Notes: generated by a model not told the origin, from the letters alone. A stretch of DNA of 64,000 nucleotides from an uncultured Acidobacteriaceae bacterium (GCA_963815025.1 CAWFFD010000001.1:1781-65780); one strand, 5' to 3'. Counted from the first letter of the stretch, positions 33,032 through 44,006 are shown. A program made the numbers and translations.

Positions 33032-34576
33032 ATGCACCGTGTAATAGGGCCGCTTGCTGCAGCCCCAAGCCTCGCCTTATTTGCACTTCTATTCGCCGGA
33101 TGCGGGTCGTCGCCCTTCGGCAGTGTGACTTCCACTCCCAATCCCCTGGTCGCCCAGTACTCCGTCAATCCCGCCCTGCGCGGAACCGTGACCGTCGAAT
33201 TTGGAGAGACAACTAGCTACGGAATGTCCACAGCTCCTGTGGCCACTACGGTCGGACCAACAACTGTCCTGGTCGCCGGCATGAAGGCAAATACCACCTA
33301 CCATATGCGGGCGCATGCCGACTACGACAGCGGCAGCTCTCAGGAGGACGTGGACCACACCTTCACCACACGAAGCCTGCCCCAGGGTCTGCTCCCCCCG
33401 TTTACCGTGACAGCCACATCCGGGCTATCACCGCAGCCCGGAGTGGAACTCGTTGATCCGGCGGCGGCGCCCCACTACCAAACTCCCTTTGCCACTGATC
33501 TCCAGGGCAATGTCATCTGGATCTACGCTCCATCCGAGATCAAGCAAGGTACGATTTTGATCTATCCGGTAAAGCTTCTCTCCAACGGGCATTTCATGTG
33601 TCTGATCGCGTCTAACTCCTCAGACCCGGTCACCACGCCGGCGCCTGCCTCCGCGGCCAATCTGCTGCGAGAGTTCGACTTGGCAGGAAATACCATACGC
33701 CAGATCACCATGGCGGAATTGAACGCAAAACTTGCCGCGGGAAACTTTAACCTCACGCTCCAGCTCTTCAGTCACGACTTCACCGAACTTCCAAATGGTC
33801 ACATCCTGGTGATCGCCAACACCACGAAGGAGTTCACCAATCTCCCGGGATATCCCGGCACCACCAATGTGCTCGGCGATGTGGTCGTCGATCTCGACCA
33901 GAATCTCAACCCCGTCTGGATCTGGAATGAGTTCGACCACCTGGATGTGAACCGCCACCTCATGAGCTTTCCCGACTGGACGCACTCGAATGCTATCGCA
34001 TACTCGCCTGACGATGGCAATTTCCTCATTTCTATACGTCATCAGAGTTGGATCGTGAAGGTGGATTACCGCGACGGCGGCGGCACCGGCAATATCCTTT
34101 GGAAGCTGGGTCAAGGCGGTGACTTCAAATTGCAGGGCGCCGTGGACCCAACGGACTGGTTCTACGCCCAGCACGATGTGAACTTCGTCAGTTCCAACAC
34201 TACCGGCAGCTTCAAACTGGCTGTCATGGACAATGGCGACAACCGGCTATTTCCTTCCGCCCTCGTCTGCGGTGCCGCTGGAGCGCCGGTCTGCTACACG
34301 ACGGTCCCCATCATGCAGGTTGATGAAAATGCGAAGACGGTATCCTTCCTCTTCCACCATCCTGTTCCCACGCAGTATTACAGTTCTTTTGCCGGCGATA
34401 CACGCGTCCAGCCCAACGCAAATATCGAATACAACCTCGCAGGCGTAGGCCCCGTCGCTTACGTGCTCGAAAAGACGCCCACCGAAACACCGCAGACCGT
34501 CTGGAAGATGTCCATCAACACAAACACATATCGCGCCTATCGCATGCCCAGTCTCTATCCCGGCGTTCAGTGGTAA
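33032..34576 (+). CDS. Arylsulfotransferase (ASST)-family beta-propeller lipoprotein
   Basis: Lipobox LFAGCGS. HDFTELPNGHILV, THSNAIAYSPDDGNFLISIRHQSWIVKVDY and AQHDVNF are typical of the ASST family. Confidence 0.72.
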   Translation: MHRVIGPLAAAPSLALFALLFAGCGSSPFGSVTSTPNPLVAQYSVNPALRGTVTVEFGETTSYGMSTAPVATTVGPTTVLVAGMKANTTYHMRAHADYDSGSSQEDVDHTFTTRSLPQGLLPPFTVTATSGLSPQPGVELVDPAAAPHYQTPFATDLQGNVIWIYAPSEIKQGTILIYPVKLLSNGHFMCLIASNSSDPVTTPAPASAANLLREFDLAGNTIRQITMAELNAKLAAGNFNLTLQLFSHDFTELPNGHILVIANTTKEFTNLPGYPGTTNVLGDVVVDLDQNLNPVWIWNEFDHLDVNRHLMSFPDWTHSNAIAYSPDDGNFLISIRHQSWIVKVDYRDGGGTGNILWKLGQGGDFKLQGAVDPTDWFYAQHDVNFVSSNTTGSFKLAVMDNGDNRLFPSALVCGAAGAPVCYTTVPIMQVDENAKTVSFLFHHPVPTQYYSSFAGDTRVQPNANIEYNLAGVGPVAYVLEKTPTETPQTVWKMSINTNTYRAYRMPSLYPGVQW

Positions 34577-34652
34577 GCGGCAACAGGTAGTCTCGATCCC
34601 GGGCAGGACTCGATTCCGGCAGATTCGATCGATGAAGCAAGCCCGTCGTGGC

Positions 34653-35705
34653 TTACAGAACCTTCATCACCACCACGGTCAAATCATCCGCCTGCTCGCG
34701 CGCGCCTGCATATGCGGAAACGGCCTCGGCAATGTGGGCGACCGCGACGCTCGCCGATTCCCCTTGCTCGCGCAAAACCACCTGCCGCAATCGGTCCGTG
34801 GAAAACTCCTCGCCCTGCTCGTCCTCCTGCTCGGTAACACCATCGGTGAACATCGTCAGGAAGTCGCCCGGTTCCAGCGGAACGACCGTATTCGTGAACT
34901 GTGCATCCGGCAAAATCCCTACGATGGGCCCGGCTTCGTTCAGCAGCAGGCACTCACCCGTCCTGGAACGCACAAGCAGTGGCGGATTGTGCCCCCCGCA
35001 GGTGTATTCCAGGGTGCGGCTGGCCGCGTGCACACGCGCATAGAAGATGGTGGCGAAGGTCGCTGAATTCATAATCTGCCTCAACGACTCGTCTAGATCT
35101 TTCACGATTGCGGCCGGACCGCTCAACTCCCGCGCGCGCGTGCGCAAAGCCAGCGCGAGCGAAGGCATCAGCAGAGCCGCCGCTGCTCCCTTGCCGGAGA
35201 CATCGGCGATCACCACATCCACCACATCCTCGGATATTTCGAAAAAATCGTAGTAGTCGCCTCCCAGCAGCCGCGCCGGATGCATCACCGCCGCCAACTC
35301 GAAACCAGGTAGCGTGGGTGGCTTGGGCAAGACGCGCATCTGGACCTGGGAGGCCAGAACCAGATCGCGCTCATACGCATCGCGCTGTTTGCGCACCTCG
35401 ACCGTCAGGCGATCTCGCTGTTTCGCGATCAGCGTGACCAGAAACCCCACAATCAGAAATCCCGCAAGCCCGATGACATTGTGCGTAATGCGCACCGGAA
35501 TCGAATGCGCGTGAGGCCCAAAGATGTCGGACAAAAACGTGCACACCACAGCCAGAGCAACCGTCACGAGCAACGGATTGATCAGTCCGCTGAGAGCGAC
35601 CGGCAATACATACAGATAACCCAACGAAATATCGGCGACGACCTTCCAGTCCGTAATGGCAACGGCAGCGACAGCGAGAGCAACCACGATGTTGAGCAAC
35701 CCCAT
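34653..35705 (-). CDS. Membrane-anchored PP2C/SpoIIE-family protein phosphatase
   Basis: N-terminal TM helices, then GGDYYDF, DVSGKGAAAAL and FTDGVTE. The start is uncertain (candidates 35705, 35768, 35789). Confidence 0.8.
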   Translation of the reverse strand: MGLLNIVVALAVAAVAITDWKVVADISLGYLYVLPVALSGLINPLLVTVALAVVCTFLSDIFGPHAHSIPVRITHNVIGLAGFLIVGFLVTLIAKQRDRLTVEVRKQRDAYERDLVLASQVQMRVLPKPPTLPGFELAAVMHPARLLGGDYYDFFEISEDVVDVVIADVSGKGAAAALLMPSLALALRTRARELSGPAAIVKDLDESLRQIMNSATFATIFYARVHAASRTLEYTCGGHNPPLLVRSRTGECLLLNEAGPIVGILPDAQFTNTVVPLEPGDFLTMFTDGVTEQEDEQGEEFSTDRLRQVVLREQGESASVAVAHIAEAVSAYAGAREQADDLTVVVMKVL

Positions 35706-35867
35706 CGTCCGCTGCTCTTCCAATCGCTGATCGCGTTTGTCTCTCCCGCTCTTTCTCCACGCCGCCATCCGTTCGCGCCCTCCTGGCAAAGGTCAGCCTC
35801 TTCTTGGGAGGCGTAGTCATACTAACCTCGTCCTGGCCCTGAACGAAGCGCGAACCCTACGTTTTCT

Positions 35868-36767
35868 CTATGCGCTTAGGTTCTCTATGTCCTCAGGATC
35901 GCGCGGCAATGCCGATGCCAGGACAAGTGCTGCTCCGGCGAAGAGCCATGTGTCCGCGACGTAATTCAACGCGTCATTAAAATCCGCCGCTGATCCGCCA
36001 CAGGAGAGGATCAAAATAACCAGATATGGAAATAGCGTAAGCACCGTCATCAATGCGCCAATCGAGGCTGCGGCTATCCGAGGTTTTTTGTTCAGGGCCA
36101 AGCCGATTCCAGCGGCCAGCAGGATCGCTCCTGCGAGGTATCCCCACACTGTGGGGAATGGGACCCATAAAGGCATCGTCTTTTCCAAAGGAACGCCGGG
36201 TGCAAACTCTGGATGAAGAAAATGGTTTACAGCAAAAACAATCGCAGCAATCGCGACCACGATGCGCCCAAATAAAATCATCCATTTCGATTGTTGCGGC
36301 GACGAAGCGCGGCTATGCAGTCCGGCCAGAGCCCATGCGCCTCCCGCAAAAGAGAGATCTCGCAGCGCGTAGGCCCACGCGAATCGATCTTTGGGATGCG
36401 CGAGCGCACTCGGCAAATAAATCAGGCAGACAAATAGAAAGAACATCCATCCCAGCAGGGTGGATGACAAGCGTACGAACTTCCTCACCGTAAGACTGGT
36501 AGCCGCTGCGAGCAGCGCACATCCGACAAAATACGCCCAGAACAAATGCACCGGCATCCAGGACGGAACCATATTCTGGACAAACTCAGGGCCGCGGAAA
36601 TGCTCGGGCGCGAATACAGCGAGTGGGACGGCGATGAAGACACAGCCCAGCGTGATGAGCTTGTCCCAGCCGCGAGCCGCAAGGATATCTTTGCGAAGTA
36701 CCCAAACTCCGGCAACAAGATAGATAAGCCCGGCAAAGCACATCCAGAAATTTGCGGATGAAAGCAT
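35868..36767 (-). CDS. Polytopic membrane protein, hypothetical
   Basis: Multiple hydrophobic segments throughout. ATG 36767 is preceded by AGAGGG. Confidence 0.6.
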   Translation of the reverse strand: MLSSANFWMCFAGLIYLVAGVWVLRKDILAARGWDKLITLGCVFIAVPLAVFAPEHFRGPEFVQNMVPSWMPVHLFWAYFVGCALLAAATSLTVRKFVRLSSTLLGWMFFLFVCLIYLPSALAHPKDRFAWAYALRDLSFAGGAWALAGLHSRASSPQQSKWMILFGRIVVAIAAIVFAVNHFLHPEFAPGVPLEKTMPLWVPFPTVWGYLAGAILLAAGIGLALNKKPRIAAASIGALMTVLTLFPYLVILILSCGGSAADFNDALNYVADTWLFAGAALVLASALPRDPEDIENLSA

Positions 36768-37189
36768 CAGGCCCTCTTTCGCGAAGGTGCCGCAGCACAG
36801 GGGATGCTGCAGCCGCGAAGGTGCTGCTGCATGGGGGGTGCTGGAGCATAGATTAGCGCCCTTCCACCGCCTGGCCACATACTCGGCCGGCGCGTGGAGA
36901 TTCGCAGGGCTCTCATCCGTTCATCAGACGATGTTTTTTGCGGCCTCTTACGGGCTCGGGAGTGGGCATATGCAGGTCCCTGGCGACTATGCACTGTGAC
37001 TTGGAACGTGCAATCACGAACTGATTTCTGGCTGCCTTAGGACCGTCCCCATTGGCCCGTCCTTCAACTCGGGCGAAGGTCGTAGCGCACAGTCACAGAC
37101 AGGAGGCCGAAAAGCAAAAGCGGTTTCCTCTTTGGACCCATATTGGGGGCCGGGAAAGAGTCGGCTGAGGCTTTAAGTTGTTGATTTGA

Positions 37190-37264
37190 TGGTGGGCGCT
37201 GCAGGATTTGAACCTGCGACTTCCACCGTGTGAAGGTGGCACTCTACCGCTGAGTTAAGCGCCC
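37190..37264 (-). tRNA. tRNA-Val (anticodon CAC), CCA encoded
   Basis: The reverse complement GGGCGCTTAACTCAGCGGTAGAGTGCCACCTTCACACGGTGGAAGTCGCAGGTTCAAATCCTGCAGCGCCCACCA folds as a cloverleaf. Acceptor stem is GGGCGCT/AGCGCCC. Anticodon loop TTCACAC sits on stem CCACC/GGTGG. The T-loop is GGTTCAAATCC. Confidence 0.93.
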
Positions 37265-37671
37265 CACAGGGGTAGGACTCATTCACTCTACCATCGGCCG
37301 GCCATGGAGCCCAATTCGGCCGGATGCCGCTGACGCGCGCGCGGGGCCCACGGTTCTAGATGGATAGCTCGATGCCGCAGCGGTGCGCTGTCTCCCGCGC
37401 AACTCCGGCATCTACAATGCGGTAGCCTCTCATGCCGTCCCCGCCGTCATCTCGCTTTGCGCCGCATCCAGATGAGCCGCGCCGCCGTGGTGGAGAGGAG
37501 CCCGCCGATCCCACCGGCGAGCCACGGGCAGATGACCTTGAATCGATGGAATCGATTGAAAATGAAGAGCTTACTGCCTCAGATGCCGATCTGGAAGTCG
37601 ACCCGGGGGGCGATGTCGAGGAAGACGCAGAGGATGCGCAACGTTTTGCTGCATCCGGGGTTAAGGAGGAC

Positions 37672-38343
37672 ATGGCTACCGCTGCGGTCCATCCCCAATC
37701 GCATGTCAGCCCGCTCGCCGGTGATCTCCGGACGGCTTCGGGTCTTCCCGCCCTGCCTCCCGGAGGCTGGAGTCAGCTATCGGATGCCGAGATCATGCTG
37801 CGCGTCGCAGCCGGGGACGAGGCAGGCTTCGGTCTGCTGGTGGAGAAGTTCCGGCGGCAGATGGTGCACTACATGTTTCGCATGGTCCATAACCAGGCCA
37901 TCGCCGAAGAGCTGGCGCAGGAGGTCTTCCTCCGCGTCTATCGCGCCCGCGCCAGTTATCGCGCGGAAGCCAAGTTCAGCACCTGGCTCTATCGCATTGC
38001 GACCAACCTGGGTGTGAATCATGCACGGGATACGCGCTACGAACGGAGCGCACAAACGGTCTACCTCGATCAGCCCGATCCCGAGACCGGGATCAGCCCG
38101 GATGTGGCCGACTCCACCCCGTCGGTGGAACAGGATATGGTGCGGGAGGCGCGGCTCGCCGCCATCCGCAAGCACGTCATGGCGCTACCCGAGCGGCAGC
38201 GCACAGCAGTCCTGATGCACAAATATCAGGACCTGGATTACAAACAGATAGGCGCAGTGTTGAAGCTGAGCGAATCGGCGACGAAGTCGCTGCTCTTCCG
38301 CGCCTACCAGACATTACGCGAGCGGCTGCAGGAGTTCATCTGA
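37672..38343 (+). CDS. ECF-type RNA polymerase sigma-70 factor
   Basis: Region 2 (FSTWLYRIATN) and region 4 (LPERQRTAVLMHKYQDLDYKQIGAVLKLSESATKSLLFRA). ATG 37672 has a strong SD (AAGGAGGAC). The ORF opens at 37432. Confidence 0.85.
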   Translation: MATAAVHPQSHVSPLAGDLRTASGLPALPPGGWSQLSDAEIMLRVAAGDEAGFGLLVEKFRRQMVHYMFRMVHNQAIAEELAQEVFLRVYRARASYRAEAKFSTWLYRIATNLGVNHARDTRYERSAQTVYLDQPDPETGISPDVADSTPSVEQDMVREARLAAIRKHVMALPERQRTAVLMHKYQDLDYKQIGAVLKLSESATKSLLFRAYQTLRERLQEFI

Positions 38344-38391
38344 TGCTCAACTCCCAGTCACCATCAGCATCGGAGCAAGGAAATTAGCACC

Positions 38392-38889
38392 ATGGATTGC
38401 AAAGCGACCAAGACGCAATTAGCCGACCTGCTGCTCGATCCGGCAGCCGCGACGCCTGCTGCTCGCGAGCACGTCGCTGCCTGCGCGGAGTGCGGCAAGG
38501 AACTGCATGACCTGCAGGCAACCATGCTGGCGATGGATGCCTGGGATGCCCCGGAACCCTCGGCCTATTTCGATACGCGGCTTGCCGCGCGCCTGCGCGA
38601 GGAACAGGCAAACCCGCCGGCCAGCTTTTGGGAACGCATGCGCGCCCGACTACTCTACGGGTCGAATCCGCATTTTCGTCCCATAGCGGCTGGAGCGCTG
38701 GCATTGCTCTTGATGTTGGGCGGCGGCACGGCGGTGTGGATGCAGAACGGCGCGAAGCCGCCGGTTCCCCAGGAGTCCGCGACTGTGCACGATCTGCAAT
38801 TGCTGGATGGCAATGCACAGGTCTATCAGCAACTGAGTTCGCTGGATGCAGATCTGGATGATGATTCCGGCAATCCATCGAAGAATTGA
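38392..38889 (+). CDS. Anti-sigma factor (zf-HC2-like, single TM)
   Basis: HVAACAECG motif and a central TM helix (IAAGALALLLMLGGG). It lies immediately downstream of the ECF sigma gene. Confidence 0.75.
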   Translation: MDCKATKTQLADLLLDPAAATPAAREHVAACAECGKELHDLQATMLAMDAWDAPEPSAYFDTRLAARLREEQANPPASFWERMRARLLYGSNPHFRPIAAGALALLLMLGGGTAVWMQNGAKPPVPQESATVHDLQLLDGNAQVYQQLSSLDADLDDDSGNPSKN

Positions 38890-39042
38890 GCGAAAGCGCG
38901 CTGCCGGAGGCGTGCTGGCTGCAATGTGTGAGGCGGCGCCATCGTGCCGCCGAATGAAGAGAGACGGACTGCCATGCCTCGGTGCGCAACACGACCCAGC
39001 ACGACCAGCGGATGCACTGCGCCTGAACGCGGCGTTGTCTCT

Positions 39043-39873
39043 GTGGGACGTGCTGTAGCGCGCGCGGCTGCCTTCCTTCTTTCCATCGCCGTTGCCGTCT
39101 TCCCGCCTGCTCACGCACAGCATGGCGGATCGCATCCCTCGGCGCCTCACGCCTCCGCGCCACATATGTCTGCGCCACATATGTCCTCACCCTCGCGGCC
39201 GGCATTCCGCGGACCGGCCTATGGCGGCTCTCCCTATCGCGGCTCTGCGCCCCGGATGGCTCCCACTTATCGCGGCTTCCCGCCCGGCTATGCCGGCCGT
39301 CCTGCCCCCGTCGGACGTCCCCTCCCGTATCCCGGCATCGCACCCAATCGATACGCGCCGGCGCCCCGCCCGGCGTATGGCCCGGGCATGCCCTATGGGG
39401 CAGCGCCGCGAGGACCCTACGGCGCGCCCACGGCAAACGTGCGCGGTCCGCATCTGGGCAGTTGGCTGCAGAGCCACCAGGGGCAGTCGTTTGCCGGCCA
39501 GGAAAATGCTCTGCGCCAGGAGCCGGGATTCAATCGCCTGCCGCCGCAGCAACAGCAGCGCTTGATCAATCGTCTCCATCAGCTGGACGCGATGCCGCCT
39601 GACCAGCGCCAGCGCACAATCAGCCGCAACGAAAACTTCGAACGGCTCGACCCGCAGCAGCGTCAGGCCTTTCTCGGTTCGGCGCAGGACCTGCGCACCA
39701 TGGACCCGGCGCGCAAACAGCAGGTGCGTAGCGCCTACCGCGTGCTCCGCGACATGCCGCCGCAGCAGCGCGAGCATGTCCTCAACTCTCCCGCCTACCG
39801 TTCCATGTACAGCGACCACGAGCGCGATGTGCTGGGAAACCTGCTGTCCGTGGAACCATATACGCCGCGGTAG
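39043..39873 (+). CDS. Pro-rich secreted protein with a DUF3106-like C-terminal domain
   Basis: GTG 39043 gives signal peptide VGRAVARAAAFLLSIAVAVFPPAHA. C-terminal repeats have the form ...PPQQQQRLINRL...MPPDQRQR...LDPQQRQAF.... The ORF opens at 38944, so the start is uncertain. Confidence 0.65.
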   Translation: MGRAVARAAAFLLSIAVAVFPPAHAQHGGSHPSAPHASAPHMSAPHMSSPSRPAFRGPAYGGSPYRGSAPRMAPTYRGFPPGYAGRPAPVGRPLPYPGIAPNRYAPAPRPAYGPGMPYGAAPRGPYGAPTANVRGPHLGSWLQSHQGQSFAGQENALRQEPGFNRLPPQQQQRLINRLHQLDAMPPDQRQRTISRNENFERLDPQQRQAFLGSAQDLRTMDPARKQQVRSAYRVLRDMPPQQREHVLNSPAYRSMYSDHERDVLGNLLSVEPYTPR

Positions 39874-40278
39874 CCCCGCCGGCTTCCCTGTCTCCGCAAC
39901 AGACAAGTTTTTGATCTCTCCGTTAGTAACCTCACCGCGCGCCCTTTCGGGTATGGCGTAACCATGCGGCGTAATCGGCAGGTCGCCTTTTGCACAACCA
40001 AAGAACGGATCCATCTCATTAAACTGATCAGGCAATGAATTCGCGTCGCCGTAATAGATGCGAGTTATCTTGACCTATAAGCATTTCAGAAAAGCAGTAA
40101 ACGATTCGTTGCCGTATTGGTAGCACTTTGCTTTGGTTCTTGCTGGCATTCCCCCCAGTTGCTGGCCCCCGTTGTCCAACGGAAGAGCCCTGTTCCAATT
40201 CCTGTCTCAAAAATGGAAGTGCGTGAGCGCGTGTCGTTCTCGTGCATATTGCTTTGACCGTTACATGGGGGCCTCAAA

Positions 40279-43200
40279 ATGAGCGTTGGCAACTGTCGCT
40301 GTTACACTTCGTTTCGCTTTCTCCTTCTCTGCCTCTGCCTCCCGCTGCTTGCGGCGGGCGTTGGCTGCGGAGGGTCTGCATCAGCCGGCACCGGCACGAC
40401 GAAGGTCCTGACCGCAATCGCGGCAACGCCGGGAACGGCAAGTGTCGCCGTCGGCGCCAAGCAACAGTTCACCGCGACTGGCAACTTACAGCGACGGCTC
40501 AACCGCGGATGTCACCGCGACGGCAAGCTGGACAGATACCAATGCAAAAGTAGCCACCATCACCTCGTCCGGCGACGCAACCGCCGTTGCCGCGGGTTCG
40601 ACCACCGTAACCGCTAGCCTCGACACCATCACGGGAACCGCTGCACTCACCGTAGCGGCGGCGCCAAAAACTCTGACCGCGATCGCCATCACCCCGGGCA
40701 CCGCCAACATTTTGGCCGGGGCCACGCAGCAGTTCACCGCAACCGCGACCTACAGCGACAGCTCCACGGAAAACGTAACCGCTACAGTATCCTGGACGAC
40801 GTCGAATGCGGTGGTTGCGAAAATCAATTCCGCCGGCCTCGCGACCGCCCTCGCCTCGGGCTCGGCAAGCGTGACCGCTACCCTGAGCGGCGTCAGCGGC
40901 AGCGCGAATCTCGCCGTGACCGTCCCGGCGGCAACGCTCGCCTCCATCGCCATCACGCCCGCCACCGCCACCATCGCGGCCAAAGCCACGCAGCAGTTCG
41001 CTGCGACCGGAACCTACAGTGACGGTTCGACCGCCAACATAACCAGCACGGTAAGCTGGACCACCTCCAGTGCAGCAGTGGCCACCGTGAGCGCGTCGGG
41101 CCTGGCCACCGGCGTAGCCGCGGGCTCGGCAACCGTCACCGCATCGTTGAGTGGTGTCAAGGGCACCGCGACGCTCACCGTAACCCCCATCCTCACCTCG
41201 ATCTCTGTCACGCCGGCCACACCGACCATCTCGGCTGGCGCCACGCAGCAGTTCGCCGCGACCGGAACCTACAGTGACGGTTCGACGAAACCCGTGACCG
41301 CAACCTGGACCGCAGCCAATCCGGCGATCGCGACTATCAACGCGTCAGGTCTGGCTACCGCGGTTGCTTCCGGTGCAACCCCGATCACCGCTTCCTCGAA
41401 TGGCATCAGCGGAAGCACACTCCTGACTGTCAGCGGGCTCACGCTTTCGGTGTCTCCTAACCCCGCGACGTTTGCCGTAGGTGCAACCCAGCAGTTCACC
41501 GCGACGGCTACCGAGTCCGGCGGATCGCCCACCGACGTGACCGCGACGGCCAATGGACCGTCGCCAACACCGCAGTCGCCACGGTCAGCCTCGGGCGGTT
41601 TGGCCACCGGTGTCGCCGCGGGTTCTACCACCGTCACCGCTTCGTATAACGGGATCAACGGCGAATGCCGCGATCACCGTCACCATCGCTGCAAACACTG
41701 GCGTCAACATCCCCACCTGGCACGTCGACAACAACCGGAGCGGCCTCAATCCGAACGAAAAGTCGCTGACTCCCACCAACGTAGCCGCCGGAACCTTCGG
41801 CAAGCTCTTCTCCTACCTGGTGGATGGCTACGCCTATGCCGAGCCGCTGCTCATCTCCAACGTCACCATCAACAGCGCCGTGCACAACGTCCTCTATGTA
41901 GCGACGGAATACGACAGCGTGTACGCCTTCGACGCCGACACCTACGGTACCGGCGCCCCCTTATGGAAGACCTCGCTGTTGCAGTCCGGCGAGACCCCGA
42001 TCACCGGCGCCACCGTTCAGCCGTATCAGGGCGTCACCTCCACGCCGGTCATCGATACGTCGATCGAACACCATCTACGTCGTCTCCGCACAGAAATCTT
42101 CAGGACGGCTCTAGCTACCGGTTGAATGCACTTGATATCTCGACTGGCTTGCCGAAACAGACCGCGGTCACCATTACCGCTTCGGTGTCAGGAACCAATT
42201 CCACCGCTGTCAACGGGATCGTATCCTTGCCCTCAGGGTGCGTCCAGCGGGCGGCCCTGCTGCTCGCGAACAGCACCATCTATATCGGCGTGGGAAGCTG
42301 CCATAGCGGATGGCTGCTCTCCTACAATGCGCAGACTCTAGCAGACCGGCGTCTTCAACGCCAGCCCCAACATCGATGGCGAAGGCACCTATGGTGGTGC
42401 GGGCGGCGTCTGGATGGGCAGTGGCGGCCCTGTGGCGGACAGCGCCGGGAACGTCTACATCTCTACAGGCAATGGTCCATGGAACCCGACGCAAGGATCG
42501 TATTCGGACTCGATCTTGAAGTTCAGCCCGACTCTCCAGCTTCTGGACTACTTCACGCCTGAAGAGAACGGGTACATGAATTGTGAGGATTCGGATCTGG
42601 CTGCTGGCGGCTTGATGATGATTCCCGGCTCCGGCCAGATCGTTGGCGGCGGCAAGATGGGAAAAATCTATCTGCTAAGTACAGCCAGTCTGGGCCACGA
42701 AAGCGCGAAGGACACGGGAGCACTGCAGAGATTATTCGTCGAGCAGGGAATCGACAGTTCGCAACCCTATCCCACTTCCTGCACAGACAGCGATTCGCTG
42801 GGAAACCCTCTACCCAATGGGAAGACGTGGTACGTCGGAGGGTCCAACGATACCAATGGTGATACCAGTGACGGGATCAATTCGTATGAGATATTCGGGA
42901 CCTCCGCATACTTCAATGGATCGATGTATCTCGGTGTCACTCCGACGACAACCAACGCACCCGTCGGTGTTGTCCGCCAGTTTACCTATGCTGCTCCCGG
43001 TGTCTTGACCGCGACACAGGCGTTCACCTCGCTCAATGTCAATCAGGAGCAGCCGGAAAACACCCGCGGCACCACACCATTCATCTCCTCCAACGGCACA
43101 AACGACGGTATCCTCTGGACCATCGATCAGGGACAGCCGCTGCAGAGCCCTCAAGCCACCACAACCGCGACCTTGTATGCCTACGATGCAACCAATCTGA

Positions 43201-43367
43201 GCAATGAGCTGTACGGCAGCAACGTCAACTCTGGAGACCAGGCCGGCATCGGTATCAAATTCACCTCGCCCATCGTCGCCAACGGCAAGGTCTACATCTC
43301 CACCGGGCACGATCCTGTGTCGGCGAGTAAACCTCAGGGCGAAATCGATGTCTACGGCCTGAAGTAG
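40279..43367 (+). pseudogene. Big_2 (Ig-like) repeat / PQQ-like beta-propeller lipoprotein, disrupted by 7 frame changes
   Basis: Lipobox LLAAGVGCGG. At least 5 Big_2-like units (LTAIAITPGTA...QQFTATATYSDSS...VTATL). The propeller includes LYVATEYDSVYAFDA and VYISTGNGPW. A continuous reading needs frame changes at about 40486, 41550, 41590, 41663, 42066, 42097 and 42340. Confidence 0.8.
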
Positions 43368-43378
43368 GCTGCAACCTT

Positions 43379-43759
43379 ATGGCGTTCCCCGCTGCAGTTC
43401 CGGAGATCCCCGCGGCCAGCATCGACAAGGCCGCGGCATACTATGTCGACACGCTGGGCTTTACCTTGGATTGGGGAGACGAACAGGGCGGCATTGCAGG
43501 GATCTCGAGAGGAAATTGCAGACTATTCATCACCAATCGCCCGTTCCGAGAACACTTCGGCAATGCGGGCCCTATCCTTTTCTGGCTCAATCTCGACAGC
43601 AAGGCTGAGGTGGACGGACTTTTCGCAGAGTGGAAGGCGGCGCAAGCGAAGATTGTCTCCGAGCCCGAGGACAAACCGTGGAAACTGCGCGAGTTTCTGG
43701 CCGCCGATCTCGATGGCAACCTCATTCGAGTCTTCTATGATTTCCGGCGCGACATATAA
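43379..43759 (+). CDS. VOC/glyoxalase/bleomycin-resistance family protein
   Basis: 126 aa. YYVDTLGFTLDW...FLAADLDGNLIRVF pattern. Confidence 0.8.
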   Translation: MAFPAAVPEIPAASIDKAAAYYVDTLGFTLDWGDEQGGIAGISRGNCRLFITNRPFREHFGNAGPILFWLNLDSKAEVDGLFAEWKAAQAKIVSEPEDKPWKLREFLAADLDGNLIRVFYDFRRDI

Positions 43760-43951
43760 GAGAGCCACACAACGTGCACAGCTGCGCGTTTCTCAATTCT
43801 GATTTTTCCGACTAAAAACAGCTCCCGCAAGTCCCGCCGGAAAGCCCCTCAGCCATCGTGTTGAGGGGTTTTTCTTTCCCCTAATCCGCATGCGCGTTGC
43901 GACGCATGGACACGCAAGATCGACACCTCGCCCCAAGATTCAGATGGGTTG

Positions 43952-43986
43952 TTGACGGGATTTCCGATTAGTACTACATTGTAGTA
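43952..43986 (+). promoter_or_regulatory. Putative sigma-70 promoter (TTGACG-N17-TACATT) overlapped by a 7-bp-arm palindrome
   Basis: TTGACG at 43952-43957 and TACATT at 43975-43980. Palindrome TACTACA-t-TGTAGTA at 43972-43986, about 20 nt upstream of ATG 44007. Confidence 0.4.
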
Positions 43987-44006
43987 GTTAATCGGGTTTC
44001 AGAGTC

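Noticed and set aside
36880-37431. Integrative element or prophage at the tRNA-Val locus
   Set aside because: No integrase, no direct repeat of the tRNA 3' end and no phage-like genes lie on either side. The flanking genes are ordinary chromosomal genes.
37432-37671. An acidic N-terminal extension of about 80 codons on the ECF sigma factor
   Set aside because: An in-frame ATG at 37672 has a near-perfect Shine-Dalgarno sequence (AAGGAGGAC) and gives a normal-length sigma factor. The extension is kept only as an alternative noted in the findings.
40279-43367. Programmed ribosomal frameshifting as an explanation for the many frame changes, here and in gdhA, pgsA, pgeF and the VWA gene
   Set aside because: I saw no slippery heptamers (X XXY YYZ) or downstream pseudoknot-like structures at the shift sites. 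Seven shifts in one gene, plus a gain/loss pair 40-60 nt apart, do not fit any known recoding mechanism.
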